From the NCBI GenBank assembly GCA_964437665.1, contig CAYTHS010000002.1, positions 315 to 64,314 on the forward strand: 64,000 bases of DNA. The letters run 5' to 3'. The DNA is from an uncultured Oscillospiraceae bacterium. GTDB taxonomy: Bacteria; Bacillota; Clostridia; Christensenellales; CAG-138. Below are positions 9,201 to 17,226 of the stretch, in pieces. The position numbers were made by a program, and so were the translations under genes. A model generated the notes under the pieces. The model was not told the DNA's origin. It saw only the letters and a program-made list of their open reading frames with translations, and searched no databases. Every line of letters starts with the position of its first letter. Within the stretch, counting starts at the first letter, position 1.

Positions 9201-9968
9201 GCAAGCGATTCTCTGAGAACGGCAACGCTCTCTTCAAGCAGTTCGGACGACGATTCTTCGACCTCTGCTACGCCGACGCCCGCGTCGGATTCCTCCGGCT
9301 CCGATACGGCGCTCTACAGCTATACGCTCACAAGCGACAACACGCGGATCCTCTACAGCGTCATGAAAAACCTTGCCGCTGGCAACAAAACGAAGGACGT
9401 GACCATCAAGCAAAGCAACGTGGAAATTACGTTCCTCAAGGGGACGATGACCGACAGTTACACCAAGCTTTGGTACGATTTCGGCACGACCATCAATAAT
9501 TCCATCGCTGAACAGACGGCAAAAAGCATTGCCGGGGACGCGTATGTGGCGACTATCCATTTTAATTACGAAGGCGCGCTACCCGGGACGGCGAGCATTC
9601 GATTCTGGCTCGGTGCGGCGAACGCGGGAAAAACGCTGTATTACTATAAGCTTGAAGACGACGAAACGCTCACGTTCATGCAGACCGCTGTGGCCGACAG
9701 CACCGGCTGGGTGACGGTCAAGCAGACAAGCTGTTCGGACTACGTGTTCCTTGACCGGGACATTGCGGCCGCTTCGGCAACCCCCGCGCCGTCCTCGACT
9801 GCAAGCGCCGGCGTTTCCCCGACGCCTACGTCGCTGATCGCGGCTGACGATACGCCGTTTTCCGGTCTCACGGCGGAGGGCTGGTTCATCGCGGTGCTCG
9901 TATTGCTGGCAATTGCGCTGATTGTCGGCGGCATCTGGCTCTATACGAAGAATCGGGACGAATATTAA
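6267..9968 (+). CDS. large cell-surface protein: signal peptide, N-terminal MBG-type domains, three internal repeat modules, Ser/Thr/Asp-rich linker, C-terminal TM anchor
   Basis: 1233 aa. N-terminal hydrophobic signal LLLIGPAAALA. KTYDG...NAGAYTLTIS...FTISRAAL pattern of MBG domains. Three repeats of GGTAWQDS..F.GL..G..Y.FYQR.K.TDT followed by a SG....SG block. C-terminal WFIAVLVLLAIALIVGGIWLY. Confidence 0.85.
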   Translation: MKFLKWNFLKVLAACAAALLLIGPAAALAEGDKTAVTITGVSVESKTYDGAPVSPSGEPVIKDASENTVTIASDGLVYAYASTDGGTYLDTTPPTNAGAYTLTISVSGGNATYEGSSEPIPFTISRAALSVNPDGGKTRYAGLSDPAFTFSSAGQIAEETPAFSGSLSGEATASSAEGVYDITIGTLALSDSGAFLADNYTLSLAPDAAYRVVNYPSDAAATLASTNRATNGTYTGDVTLNAPDGYEISFSSAGEWAASATKTDCVTGDNAIYYYLRVSGGSYVGAITERKMLSARYDASGPVVSLYSPTTDAAVSGNQKIILSLDEYAAAGSGASINVSAGGTTYTAEVTNASALGGASGGPWYFVFDLSDFSPALSLTAGTVYTVTVPAGTFTDATGNGNAELSAAFTTSASGGHAVVFTQANGLLSVRTGTDDAVVSGQAVADGTQLIFDAPAEGGYSLNRTILEDGTENGSAELSAYTLSGDLEVYYTRVLSDFSGTATISGTVKAGETLTGGVDGANQSDSSGWTFTWVRRDGGVDTPLASGGSGTSYTLTAADVGKTIRLAVTDSVCVNGVLYKETVTVAKADYQGSVVAAPAIVSLGETDVTLASTDGYEYSLGGTAWQDSPSFSGLVSGQRYDFYQRVKATDTVNASPASEKTSIGTVSALSGTVSISGTAQSGSLLTGAIADSNNTGTLTYTWKRGTATVGTGATYTPAAADIGQTLTLEVTSSVQTGTRSATSAAVLKAVCSQPAPAAPALASATATSITLTATPGYQYSLGGTAWQDTTTFHNLSIGTSYTFYQRVKETDTELSSASSPGATFSTLPALSGVIMISGEARYGMTIVASLTDTNNTGTLSYTWKRGTLTVGTGAAYAVGAVDIGNQLSLEVTSSEQGGSITRSFGTVQKAYYFGNTPGAPTRASRTTSKIVLKSVDDCEYSRNGTTWQDSTTFSGLRSGTTYTFYQRYKATTTMEASPASDSLRTATLSSSSSDDDSSTSATPTPASDSSGSDTALYSYTLTSDNTRILYSVMKNLAAGNKTKDVTIKQSNVEITFLKGTMTDSYTKLWYDFGTTINNSIAEQTAKSIAGDAYVATIHFNYEGALPGTASIRFWLGAANAGKTLYYYKLEDDETLTFMQTAVADSTGWVTVKQTSCSDYVFLDRDIAAASATPAPSSTASAGVSPTPTSLIAADDTPFSGLTAEGWFIAVLVLLAIALIVGGIWLYTKNRDEY

Positions 9969-9975
9969 GGCGAAC

Positions 9976-10000
9976 GGCTCCGCAGTTTGACTGCGGAGCC
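9976..10000 (+). terminator. stem-loop downstream of the surface-protein gene (no U-tract)
   Basis: GGCTCCGCAG-TTTGA-CTGCGGAGCC, 8 nt after the stop. Confidence 0.45.
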
Positions 10001-10057
10001 GGAACCATACGCGGCAGGCTGGACAAAACGGATAACAAGCGGACGGGAGGGGCCGGG

Positions 10058-10477
10058 ATGAAAACAAAGGATCTGGAAGATCAGGTGCGGAACGCTTCCG
10101 ATTTTGAGCGTGTTGTGGAGCGCTGCAAGTACGAGTTTATAGACGACGGCTGCGCGGCGTATCTCGAACAGCTTATGCAGGCGCACGGGATATCAAAGAA
10201 GAATCTTATTATCCGCGCGAACATCGAGCGCGGTTATGCCTACCAGATATTCCGCGGTGAGCGGGCGCCTTCGCGCGATAAGCTGCTGCAGCTTTCCATC
10301 GGGCTTTCCGCCACGCTGGAGGAAACGCAGACGCTGCTCAAGCTCGGCGGCAAAAGCGAACTTTATTCGCGCGTGCGGCGCGATGCGGCGATTCTGTTCT
10401 GCCTCGAAAAAGGATATTCTATTATCGATACGCAGATTTTTCTTTCGGACCGCGATCTGCCGCTGCTCAAGGAGTAG
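10058..10477 (+). CDS. XRE-like helix-turn-helix domain protein
   Basis: 139 aa. RBS GGGAGGGG. Central ...GYAYQIFRGERAPSRDKLLQLSIGL... resembles an HTH_XRE segment. Confidence 0.6.
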   Translation: MKTKDLEDQVRNASDFERVVERCKYEFIDDGCAAYLEQLMQAHGISKKNLIIRANIERGYAYQIFRGERAPSRDKLLQLSIGLSATLEETQTLLKLGGKSELYSRVRRDAAILFCLEKGYSIIDTQIFLSDRDLPLLKE

Positions 10478-10497
10478 TATAAAGCGCACGGTGCAGC

Positions 10498-10529
10498 GCC
10501 GCCCGCACAGAGAGCAGGGCGGCTTTTTA
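10498..10529 (+). terminator. rho-independent terminator
   Basis: GCCGCCC-loop-GGGCGGC followed by TTTTTA. Confidence 0.7.
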
Positions 10530-10594
10530 TATGCCGTGCGAAACACGATACATTATAATAAAAACAGAATTGGTGAAGACGGAGGGATAACGCG

Positions 10595-11476
10595 ATGGAA
10601 CGGGAGATCAGCCCGGAAACGATGGATCGGATCATTCGATTCCAGAAGGATGAACGTACGGGCAGCATATTGTATGAAAAAATAGCCGCGAGGCAAAAGC
10701 AGGAAGGCAACAGACATGCGTTTCTGGAGATTGCCAAAGCGGAACGCAGTCACTACGAAGTGTGGAAAAACTACACCGGGCGCGACGTAGCGCCGAACCG
10801 CGCGCGCATATTCGGGTTTCTTTTGATGAGCCGGATTCTCGGCGTGACGTTTACGCTTAAGTTTTTTGAGCGAACGGAAGAGCTAGGCATCCGCGGGATG
10901 GAGGCCGTCGAGCGCGATCTGCCGGAGGTGCGGTCGATCATCGCCGAAGAGGAAGCGCACGAAGAGCAGCTGACGGCGATGGTGGACGAGGAACGGCTCC
11001 ACTATGTGGGGGCGATCGTACTCGGCCTCAACGACGCGCTTGTCGAATTGACCGGTACCATCGCGGGGCTGACGTTCGCACTGGCGAACAATCGCCTCGT
11101 TGCGCTCTCCGGGATCATTACGGGCGTTTCCGCGACGCTCTCCATGGCGGCATCCAATTATCTCGCGCAGCGCGCGGAAAACAATCCAAAGGCGCTCAAA
11201 TCCAGCGCGTATACGGGCATTGCATACCTGATAACGGTGGTATTAATCGTACTGCCGTATCTGCTGCTGCCGAACGAATGGTATATCGAAGCGTTTGCGA
11301 TCATGATTACGGCGGTCGTGCTGGTGATTCTTTTCTTTAATTATTATATTTCCGTGGCGCAGGGGCTGCCGTTCTGGAAGCGCTTTGGCGAAATGGTCGC
11401 CATCAGTCTCGGTGTGGCGGCGCTTTCGTTCGCGATTGGCCTTGCGGCAAAAGCGCTGCTTGGCGTCGACGTCTGA
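10595..11476 (+). CDS. VIT1/CCC1-family Fe/Mn transporter with N-terminal ferritin-like domain
   Basis: 293 aa. N-terminal EGNRHAF...ERSHYEVW...EEEAHEEQL (rubrerythrin/ferritin-like). C-terminal LGLNDALVELTGTIAGL plus TM helices typical of the VIT family. Confidence 0.85.
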   Translation: MEREISPETMDRIIRFQKDERTGSILYEKIAARQKQEGNRHAFLEIAKAERSHYEVWKNYTGRDVAPNRARIFGFLLMSRILGVTFTLKFFERTEELGIRGMEAVERDLPEVRSIIAEEEAHEEQLTAMVDEERLHYVGAIVLGLNDALVELTGTIAGLTFALANNRLVALSGIITGVSATLSMAASNYLAQRAENNPKALKSSAYTGIAYLITVVLIVLPYLLLPNEWYIEAFAIMITAVVLVILFFNYYISVAQGLPFWKRFGEMVAISLGVAALSFAIGLAAKALLGVDV

Positions 11477-11555
11477 GCAGGCTTTGCCAAAGCGCTGAAA
11501 AATGAAAACAAGCAAACCCGATTCGCAATAAGGGATAACCGCGGACGGATACGGG

Positions 11556-11595
11556 CGCCGCCGCGCAAAACACTGCGCGGCGGCGTTTGCTGTTT
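11556..11595. terminator. bidirectional terminator between convergent genes
   Basis: GCCGCCGCGC-AAAACACT-GCGCGGCGGC with a T-rich tract on the + side. Confidence 0.65.
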
Positions 11596-11623
11596 CTGAA
11601 TATAGACAAAAGAAACGGTTTTC

Positions 11624-13072
11624 TTACAGGCTGTCGCCGAAGTCCCCGCGGAATTTTGCTGTAAGCCGCTGCTGCCAGTCCCCGATGGGTTCGAGACGGC
11701 CGAAGAAGAAGCGCAGCGTTGCGGGCTCTTCCACAAAGTTCAGCCCGCCGACGAGCCTGCGGTTTTCATACAGCCAACCGATGCGGTCCACTGCGTAGAG
11801 AACCTGGCTCATCGTGAATACACGTCTTGGCAGCGCAAGCCGCAGCAGTTCCATGGAGGCGATCGGCTCGGTACCGTCCGGCTCGCGCTGCTCGGAGAGA
11901 GTGCCGCGCTCCATGCCGCGAACGCCGCCTGCGATGAATACCGCCGAAGCGAGCGCTGCGGCGGGGTAAGCGTGCGCGTCCACGTGATCCAGAAACTCGC
12001 GCGCGTTGATGTGGCAGCCGAGCCCGCCGGCGGGCGTGACGACCGGGACGCCGCGCTTCTTCAGTTCGGCGGCCATGAACTCGATGAACTGCGGTCCCTG
12101 GGAAATGACGTCCATGTCCATCGTTTCTTCCAGCCCGACCGTCATGGCCTCCATCTCGCGCACGCTCATGCCGCCATAGGTTAAGAAGCCCTCGAACAGC
12201 GGGATGAAGTCCTTCATGCGCTCGTAATAGGTGCGGTTGAACATGGCGAGGCCGCCGCCGCGCGCGAACCCTAGCTTGCGGGCCGAGAAATATATGATGT
12301 CCGCCTGTGCGCACATTTCGCGTGTGATGGCGCGGATGCTCATGTCTCTGCAGGCGGCCTCGCGTTTTTTTATGAAGTAGAGGTTGTCCTGCAATAAGCT
12401 CGCGTCAAGAACGACCGGAATACCCGCGGCATGCGCGATGGCGGACGAGTCGCGGAGGTTTTCAAGTGAAAACGGCTGCCCGCCGATCAGGTTGGTGCCC
12501 GCCTCCAGCCGGATGAAGGGGATATGGTCCGCGCCGACGCGTGCAATACATTCGCGAAGCTGATCAAGATCGATATTGCCCTTGAAGGGGAAATCGCTTT
12601 CCGGTTTGCGCCCTTCGTCGATCACCAGTTCTTCCACTGAGCCGCCGACGCGCGTGATATGCGCCTTTGTGGTGGTAAAATGGTAGTTCATGGGGACCAC
12701 GTCGCCGGGCTTGACGAACGCTTCGGCGAGGATGCTTTCGCACGCGCGGCCCTGATGCGCGGGAAGGAAGAATTTCGTGCCGAAAAGCTCGTGAATCTTG
12801 TCCTCCAGCCGGTAGAAGGTTTCGCTGCCGGCGTAGCTGTCGTCCGCGATCATCATGCTGGCGGTCTGCCGGTCGCTCATGGCGTTGACGCCGCTGTCGG
12901 TGAGCATGTCCAGGAATACGTCCCGATTGCGCAGCAGGAAGGTGTTGTTGCCCGCCTCGGCGATCGCTTTACCGCGCGCTTCTACTGGCAACAGCGTCAG
13001 TTTTTGCACCACGCGCACTTTGTGCATTTCAAGCGGGATCTGCTCGCCGGAAAACATCTTTACTTCACGCAT
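11624..13072 (-). CDS. PLP-dependent beta-eliminating lyase (tryptophanase / tyrosine phenol-lyase family)
   Basis: 482 aa. N-terminal ...NTFLLRNRDVFLDMLTDSGVNAMSD... and ...FSARK... (PLP-lysine context) align with my memory of TnaA/TPL. RBS GGAGGAAA lies 8 nt before the ATG at 13072. Confidence 0.85.
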   Translation of the reverse strand: MREVKMFSGEQIPLEMHKVRVVQKLTLLPVEARGKAIAEAGNNTFLLRNRDVFLDMLTDSGVNAMSDRQTASMMIADDSYAGSETFYRLEDKIHELFGTKFFLPAHQGRACESILAEAFVKPGDVVPMNYHFTTTKAHITRVGGSVEELVIDEGRKPESDFPFKGNIDLDQLRECIARVGADHIPFIRLEAGTNLIGGQPFSLENLRDSSAIAHAAGIPVVLDASLLQDNLYFIKKREAACRDMSIRAITREMCAQADIIYFSARKLGFARGGGLAMFNRTYYERMKDFIPLFEGFLTYGGMSVREMEAMTVGLEETMDMDVISQGPQFIEFMAAELKKRGVPVVTPAGGLGCHINAREFLDHVDAHAYPAAALASAVFIAGGVRGMERGTLSEQREPDGTEPIASMELLRLALPRRVFTMSQVLYAVDRIGWLYENRRLVGGLNFVEEPATLRFFFGRLEPIGDWQQRLTAKFRGDFGDSL

Positions 13073-13108
13073 TGTTTCTGTTTCCTCCGTATATTTCTTT
13101 CTTTTTAT

Positions 13109-13140
13109 AAAAAAACGGTCCTTCCGCCGACCGGCGAAAG
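13109..13140 (-). terminator. second terminator-like hairpin between the T-box terminator and the lyase RBS
   Basis: Minus strand TTCGCC-GGTC-GGCGGA(AGGACC) followed by U7. An alternative pairing GGTCTTCC...GGAAGGACC is possible. Confidence 0.5.
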
Positions 13141-13171
13141 AACTTTTTTATATCAAGGAAGACCGGATAAT

Positions 13172-13445
13172 AAAAAAACCTCCCGCCTGTTCGGCAAGAG
13201 GACGAATTTTTTCGCGGTACCACCTCGGTTTGCCGTTTCCTCGCGGAAAGCGGCCTCAACGGGTACGGACGGAAAGTTGGTCGATACCCTGTCTTTGTTA
13301 ACGGGGAGAACCCCGTCCGTCCCTACTCGGCAAAGGCGTTTCAGGCGGCGGCTGGTTGCGCGTATTCGCGGGGCGGTCCCATCTGCCTTGCACCGACCGG
13401 CAGCTCTCTTGCGGGACGCGGGAAACGATGATTTCACCCGTTACT
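13172..13445 (-). promoter_or_regulatory. T-box riboswitch leader (candidate specifier UAC, Tyr)
   Basis: Minus-strand elements: AGAGAG bulge (13404-13409); distal hairpin CTGCC-GGTCGGTGCAA-GGCAG; CCGTTA F-box; T-box sequence AAACCGAGGTGGTACCGCG (13213-13224 core); terminator CCTCTTGCC-GAAC-AGGCGGGAGG plus U7 (13172-13201). Confidence 0.8.
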
Positions 13446-13700
13446 ATTTCGCAGTCAAAGCCTTTTTACTGTTTCAAATTATCAAATAGTATACTGGGGG
13501 AAACGGCGCTTGTCAAGGAAAACAAAGGGGTGCGTTTTTCGGACGGCTTCCGGCGGGAAAGCTGCAATGGGAATTCAATGTGGCAAAAAGTTCACGAAAT
13601 GTTCTTTGCACGTACTCCGCTCGGGTTGTATAATGATTGCGTTATATTTGGTATACCTATATTCGATCAATACTCGCTTCAGATTGGAGGAAGTGAATAG

Positions 13701-15923
13701 ATGATATGTAAGGAATGCGGCGCTTTCAACGCTGAAAACCTGACAAACTGCAAAGCCTGCGGAGCGAAGCTCAATGGTGAAGACGTGGGTGCAGCTGCGG
13801 AAACGCCCGTGGAGCATCAGGACGACGGGAAGCCTTCGCGCGAGTTCGTGAAGGCGCCGGCATGGCCGACGCGCGCTTTTTCCGGCGCGCCGGAAAACCA
13901 GCCGATTCCTCCTTCCGCACCCGAAGCGGCCAGTGCGCCGTCCGGTTCGTTCCGTCCTACGATTCCGCCGCGCGCGGCCGCGGCTCTTCCGGTAGGCGAA
14001 CCGTGCGAATCCTGCGGGAAACCTACGGTTGCAGACGCGCAGTTCTGCCCCTATTGCGGGTATAATCTGCATGCTCCGGCAGACGCGCAGCGCGAACAGT
14101 TCAGCGCGGGCGCGGCGCATGCCGCCGCCGCACAGAGCGCGCTGGATGATTTTGACGATGATTATGAAGATGAAGAATTCGACGACGAGGAATTCGGCCT
14201 GAAGAAATCGAAACGGCGCGGATCGGGCAAAATCGCACGGCGCGACGAGGAATTCGACGACGATTATCCCGCGGAATACGACGAGGAATTCGAAGACGAA
14301 GATTATGACGATATGCCCAAAAAACGCAGCAAAGGCACGACGATCCTATTTTGGAGCCTTATTGTTCTGCTGCTTGCGCTGATTGCCGTATTTGGCATGT
14401 ATATCGCTAAAAAGAACTTCGACGGAGATATCGGCAAGATGTTTGCCTCGATCGGAAGCGTATTCAATACGAACGGAAGCCAGGACGTGGATGCATCCGA
14501 CCCGACCACGATAGACGCTTCCGGCCAGAGCAATATGTATACCGCGTCGATCAGTGAATATACGGACCCGTCTACAAACGAAGTATACTTCGATATCGAT
14601 ATATTTGCGCCCACGGGCAGTACGGTACGTATCATTACGGACGCGACCCTGAAGGACAATACCGCGACGGTACCGTCCAACGACCATGTAATCCTCCGCA
14701 TTGCGCGGGACGTGTTCATGCCGAATGCGCCCGTCGAGAGTGAAGTGCTGACGATTACTCCGAACATACAGGTCATTTCGACGGACGGCCAGACAACGCA
14801 GCTTACCGTTCCGGATATAACGGTAACGGTGCCGGTGCTGAGCATGACGGTTACGGAACCCGCAGGGGATACGGTCAGCGCGACGTATGACAGCAGCCCG
14901 ATTGCAATCATTGGACAGGTTAACGATTACGACGGGGAAATCGCCGTGTTTGTTAACGATCAGCAGGTCTATGTGGACAGCACGGGTATGTTTACATCAA
15001 GCTATACGCCTGCGGCGGCGAGCACGACCGCAGCACAGGCGCCCGCGGCCGACGAAACGGCTACGACCGGCGAGACGGCAACGACCGACGAGACGGCAAC
15101 GACCGACGAGACGGCAACGACCGACGAGACGGCGACGACCGACGAGACGGCAACGACCGACGAGACTGCGACGACCGACGAGACTGCTACGACCGACGAG
15201 ACTGCGACGACCGACGAGACTGCGACGACCGGCGAAACGACGACGACCGGCGCGCAGACGATCGTTATCGAAGCGCGGAAGAATAACTGCGTGACTGCGC
15301 GTAAGGTAATCACCGTCGAACCGTATGTGATGCAGAACCTCTCGTTTATGGTTACGAATGAAACGGACACGCTTTCCTCCGACGCGGGAAGCGTTACGGT
15401 GACCGGTACGGCTACGCCGGGCACTAAAATTACGGCGACGTGCCCCTCGACCGACGTAACGTTCGGCGAGGCGACGGTCAGCGATACCGGAACGTTCTCC
15501 ATGGCGGTTTCCATCGCGAAAGTCGGCGCTTACGATATTACGCTGACCGGACAGCTCGAAGGCTACTATGACGGAACCACGATTGCGACCGTGGAACGCC
15601 CGCCGTCGGACTCCAGCAGCGTATTTAAGAAGGCGGCCGCCGACCTGACCAAGAGTTATGAAAAGATCGTCGACGGCAGCGTTACAGACGGCGACTTCGT
15701 TTGCACCGGCAGGATTACGGAAATCATTGCTTCCGAGCCGTACACGATCTTCCGCGTGGAGCTCAGCGACGGCAAAGAGGTCATCTGCGTCAACCGCAGC
15801 ACCAAATCGACGATCAACTCGTCCGACCTCAAGGAAAAGAAACAGCTTGCCGGTACGCTCAAGGGGCTGTATACCGACGGAACGACGCCTTACCTCTGGA
15901 CTTGGTTTATCTGGAATAAATAA
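13701..15923 (+). CDS. zinc-ribbon membrane protein with acidic cytoplasmic linker, one TM helix and a large extracytoplasmic domain
   Basis: 740 aa. Two CxxC...CxxC zinc ribbons (CKECG..CKACG; CESCG..CPYCG). D/E-rich tract. TM helix ILFWSLIVLLLALIAVFGMYI. DETATT repeat tract. RBS GGAGG. Confidence 0.8.
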   Translation: MICKECGAFNAENLTNCKACGAKLNGEDVGAAAETPVEHQDDGKPSREFVKAPAWPTRAFSGAPENQPIPPSAPEAASAPSGSFRPTIPPRAAAALPVGEPCESCGKPTVADAQFCPYCGYNLHAPADAQREQFSAGAAHAAAAQSALDDFDDDYEDEEFDDEEFGLKKSKRRGSGKIARRDEEFDDDYPAEYDEEFEDEDYDDMPKKRSKGTTILFWSLIVLLLALIAVFGMYIAKKNFDGDIGKMFASIGSVFNTNGSQDVDASDPTTIDASGQSNMYTASISEYTDPSTNEVYFDIDIFAPTGSTVRIITDATLKDNTATVPSNDHVILRIARDVFMPNAPVESEVLTITPNIQVISTDGQTTQLTVPDITVTVPVLSMTVTEPAGDTVSATYDSSPIAIIGQVNDYDGEIAVFVNDQQVYVDSTGMFTSSYTPAAASTTAAQAPAADETATTGETATTDETATTDETATTDETATTDETATTDETATTDETATTDETATTDETATTGETTTTGAQTIVIEARKNNCVTARKVITVEPYVMQNLSFMVTNETDTLSSDAGSVTVTGTATPGTKITATCPSTDVTFGEATVSDTGTFSMAVSIAKVGAYDITLTGQLEGYYDGTTIATVERPPSDSSSVFKKAAADLTKSYEKIVDGSVTDGDFVCTGRITEIIASEPYTIFRVELSDGKEVICVNRSTKSTINSSDLKEKKQLAGTLKGLYTDGTTPYLWTWFIWNK
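15051..15248 (+). repeat. in-frame tandem repeat, 11 x 18 bp (GACGAGACGGCAACGACC, encoding DETATT)
   Basis: Read directly. Units differ only at a few synonymous or near-synonymous positions. Confidence 0.95.
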
Positions 15924-15927
15924 CGGC

Positions 15928-16233
15928 GTGAAAATCTGGGCGAAAGTGATCAAGAATCATAAGATTACCGAAGAAGCCGTGCGGGAGTTTGCTCCCGCAC
16001 GGCCTTTGGACGCGGAGGGCTGGCGGCCGGTCGTCGTGACGCTTTGCAAACCGTTCGACCTTTCGTGTCCGGTCATCCTGGATAAACATGTAACCGAACT
16101 GAAACGATTTTCGCGAACGGTATTTTCACCGGCGGATTTTATGGAAGGCATATCGTTCGACCGGTTCGAACTGGAGATTTTTCCGGAAAAGAAGAAAGAA
16201 ACGCGTCTGGAATACATCTACGGCGACAACTGA
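15928..16233 (+). CDS. hypothetical protein (101 aa, GTG start)
   Basis: In-frame GTG 5 nt after the upstream stop. Protein-like composition (VKIWAKVIKNHKITEEAVREF...). No family recognised and the RBS is weak. Confidence 0.4.
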   Translation: MKIWAKVIKNHKITEEAVREFAPARPLDAEGWRPVVVTLCKPFDLSCPVILDKHVTELKRFSRTVFSPADFMEGISFDRFELEIFPEKKKETRLEYIYGDN

Positions 16234-16255
16234 CGGTAATCTAGATCGTGGGGTA

Positions 16256-16415
16256 TTGGCTTTGACGTAATAACCGTTTTTTGACTCTTGCCCTTCGGAC
16301 TCCCAGGCGGCAACGCGCACAAAAAACCTCCCGAAACGGGCGATGGTGCTGTGCCGGATAAACGGATTAAGGGCTGCGGCTCTTAACAACCCCGAAGATT
16401 TATTTAGCAGGCTGA
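16256..16415 (+). repeat. copy B of the structured intergenic repeat (left end diverged or truncated)
   Basis: Aligns with 2230-2401 over TTGACG.AATAACCG...CCTTCGGACTCCC.GGCGGCAA...GGGCGATGG...GCCGGATAAACGGATTAAGGGCTGCGGCTCTTAAC...CAGGCTGA. Confidence 0.8.
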
Positions 16416-16440
16416 GCGGCTCCGTCGGGGCCGCTTTTTC
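16416..16440 (+). terminator. rho-independent terminator abutting repeat copy B
   Basis: GCGGCTCC-GTC-GGGGCCGC plus TTTTT. Confidence 0.75.
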
Positions 16441-16599
16441 GATTAGGCGATCCGACGCTTTCCGGACGGGAAACGGCTCAGGAACCTCCCCCGGAACGAA
16501 AGCCCGCTCGCGGGACGCTGGACGGCGCTCCCGCGCGTCCTTTCGGATACTGTTGCTGCGGGAAGGCGCTGTACAATTTGCACAAAGACAGCGGGCCGC

Positions 16600-16628
16600 T
16601 TGCAATCTGCGCCGATTGTTTTTATACT
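16600..16628 (+). promoter_or_regulatory. sigma-70-type promoter candidate
   Basis: TTGCAA, 17-nt spacer, TATACT, about 80 nt upstream of the flavin reductase start. Confidence 0.5.
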
Positions 16629-16710
16629 GGTTTCAAAGAAGCGATTCTGCGGCGCAGGGCAGCGCGGCGTGGTTCGTTGGACAGAACATCTGCACAGGAG
16701 GATTCGGCAA

Positions 16711-17226
16711 ATGGAATTACACGAGATTTTCGAACTTGTACCGCAGGCGGCGGAGCAGCTTCCGCGGGGCGTGTTTTTAACGGCGGGCGGGGACGTTTGG
16801 AACCCCATGACGATCGGCTGGGCGCAGTTCGGCGTGATCTGGGGCAAGCCGGTCGTCACGGTGCTCGTGCGCAAAAGCCGTTTTTCTTACGGACTCATGG
16901 AAAAGACGAATGTTTTCACCGTTAGCGTTCCGCGTTCCGGCGAACTGAAAGCGGAACTTGCGTTCTGTGGGTCCAAATCCGGCAGGGACGTCGATAAAGA
17001 AAAGGAATCCGGGTTGACGAGGCTGTCCGCGCGTTACGGCGGTGCGGACGGCGTCGCGGAATGCGGCGCGTTCTTTGAATGCCGCATCGTACAGAAGCTC
17101 TTCGGGGATCTGGGCGAACTCGACCCGGCGCTCCGCGCAAAGTTCTACGGGGCAAATCAGGCGCTGGCGGACGGAGATCCGCACGAGGTTTATTTCGGCG
17201 AAGTGCTTGCCGCCTACCGCGCATAA
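16711..17226 (+). CDS. flavin reductase-like (FMN-binding split-barrel) protein
   Basis: ATG at 16711 lies 8 nt after AGGAGGA. MTIGWAQFGVIWGKPVVTVLVR... is typical of the family. Confidence 0.8.
   Translation: MELHEIFELVPQAAEQLPRGVFLTAGGDVWNPMTIGWAQFGVIWGKPVVTVLVRKSRFSYGLMEKTNVFTVSVPRSGELKAELAFCGSKSGRDVDKEKESGLTRLSARYGGADGVAECGAFFECRIVQKLFGDLGELDPALRAKFYGANQALADGDPHEVYFGEVLAAYRA

Noticed and set aside
15051-15248. Regular 18-bp repeats considered as a possible CRISPR-like array
   Set aside because: The units are contiguous with no spacers, in frame inside a long ORF, and encode DETATT. This is a coding tandem repeat.
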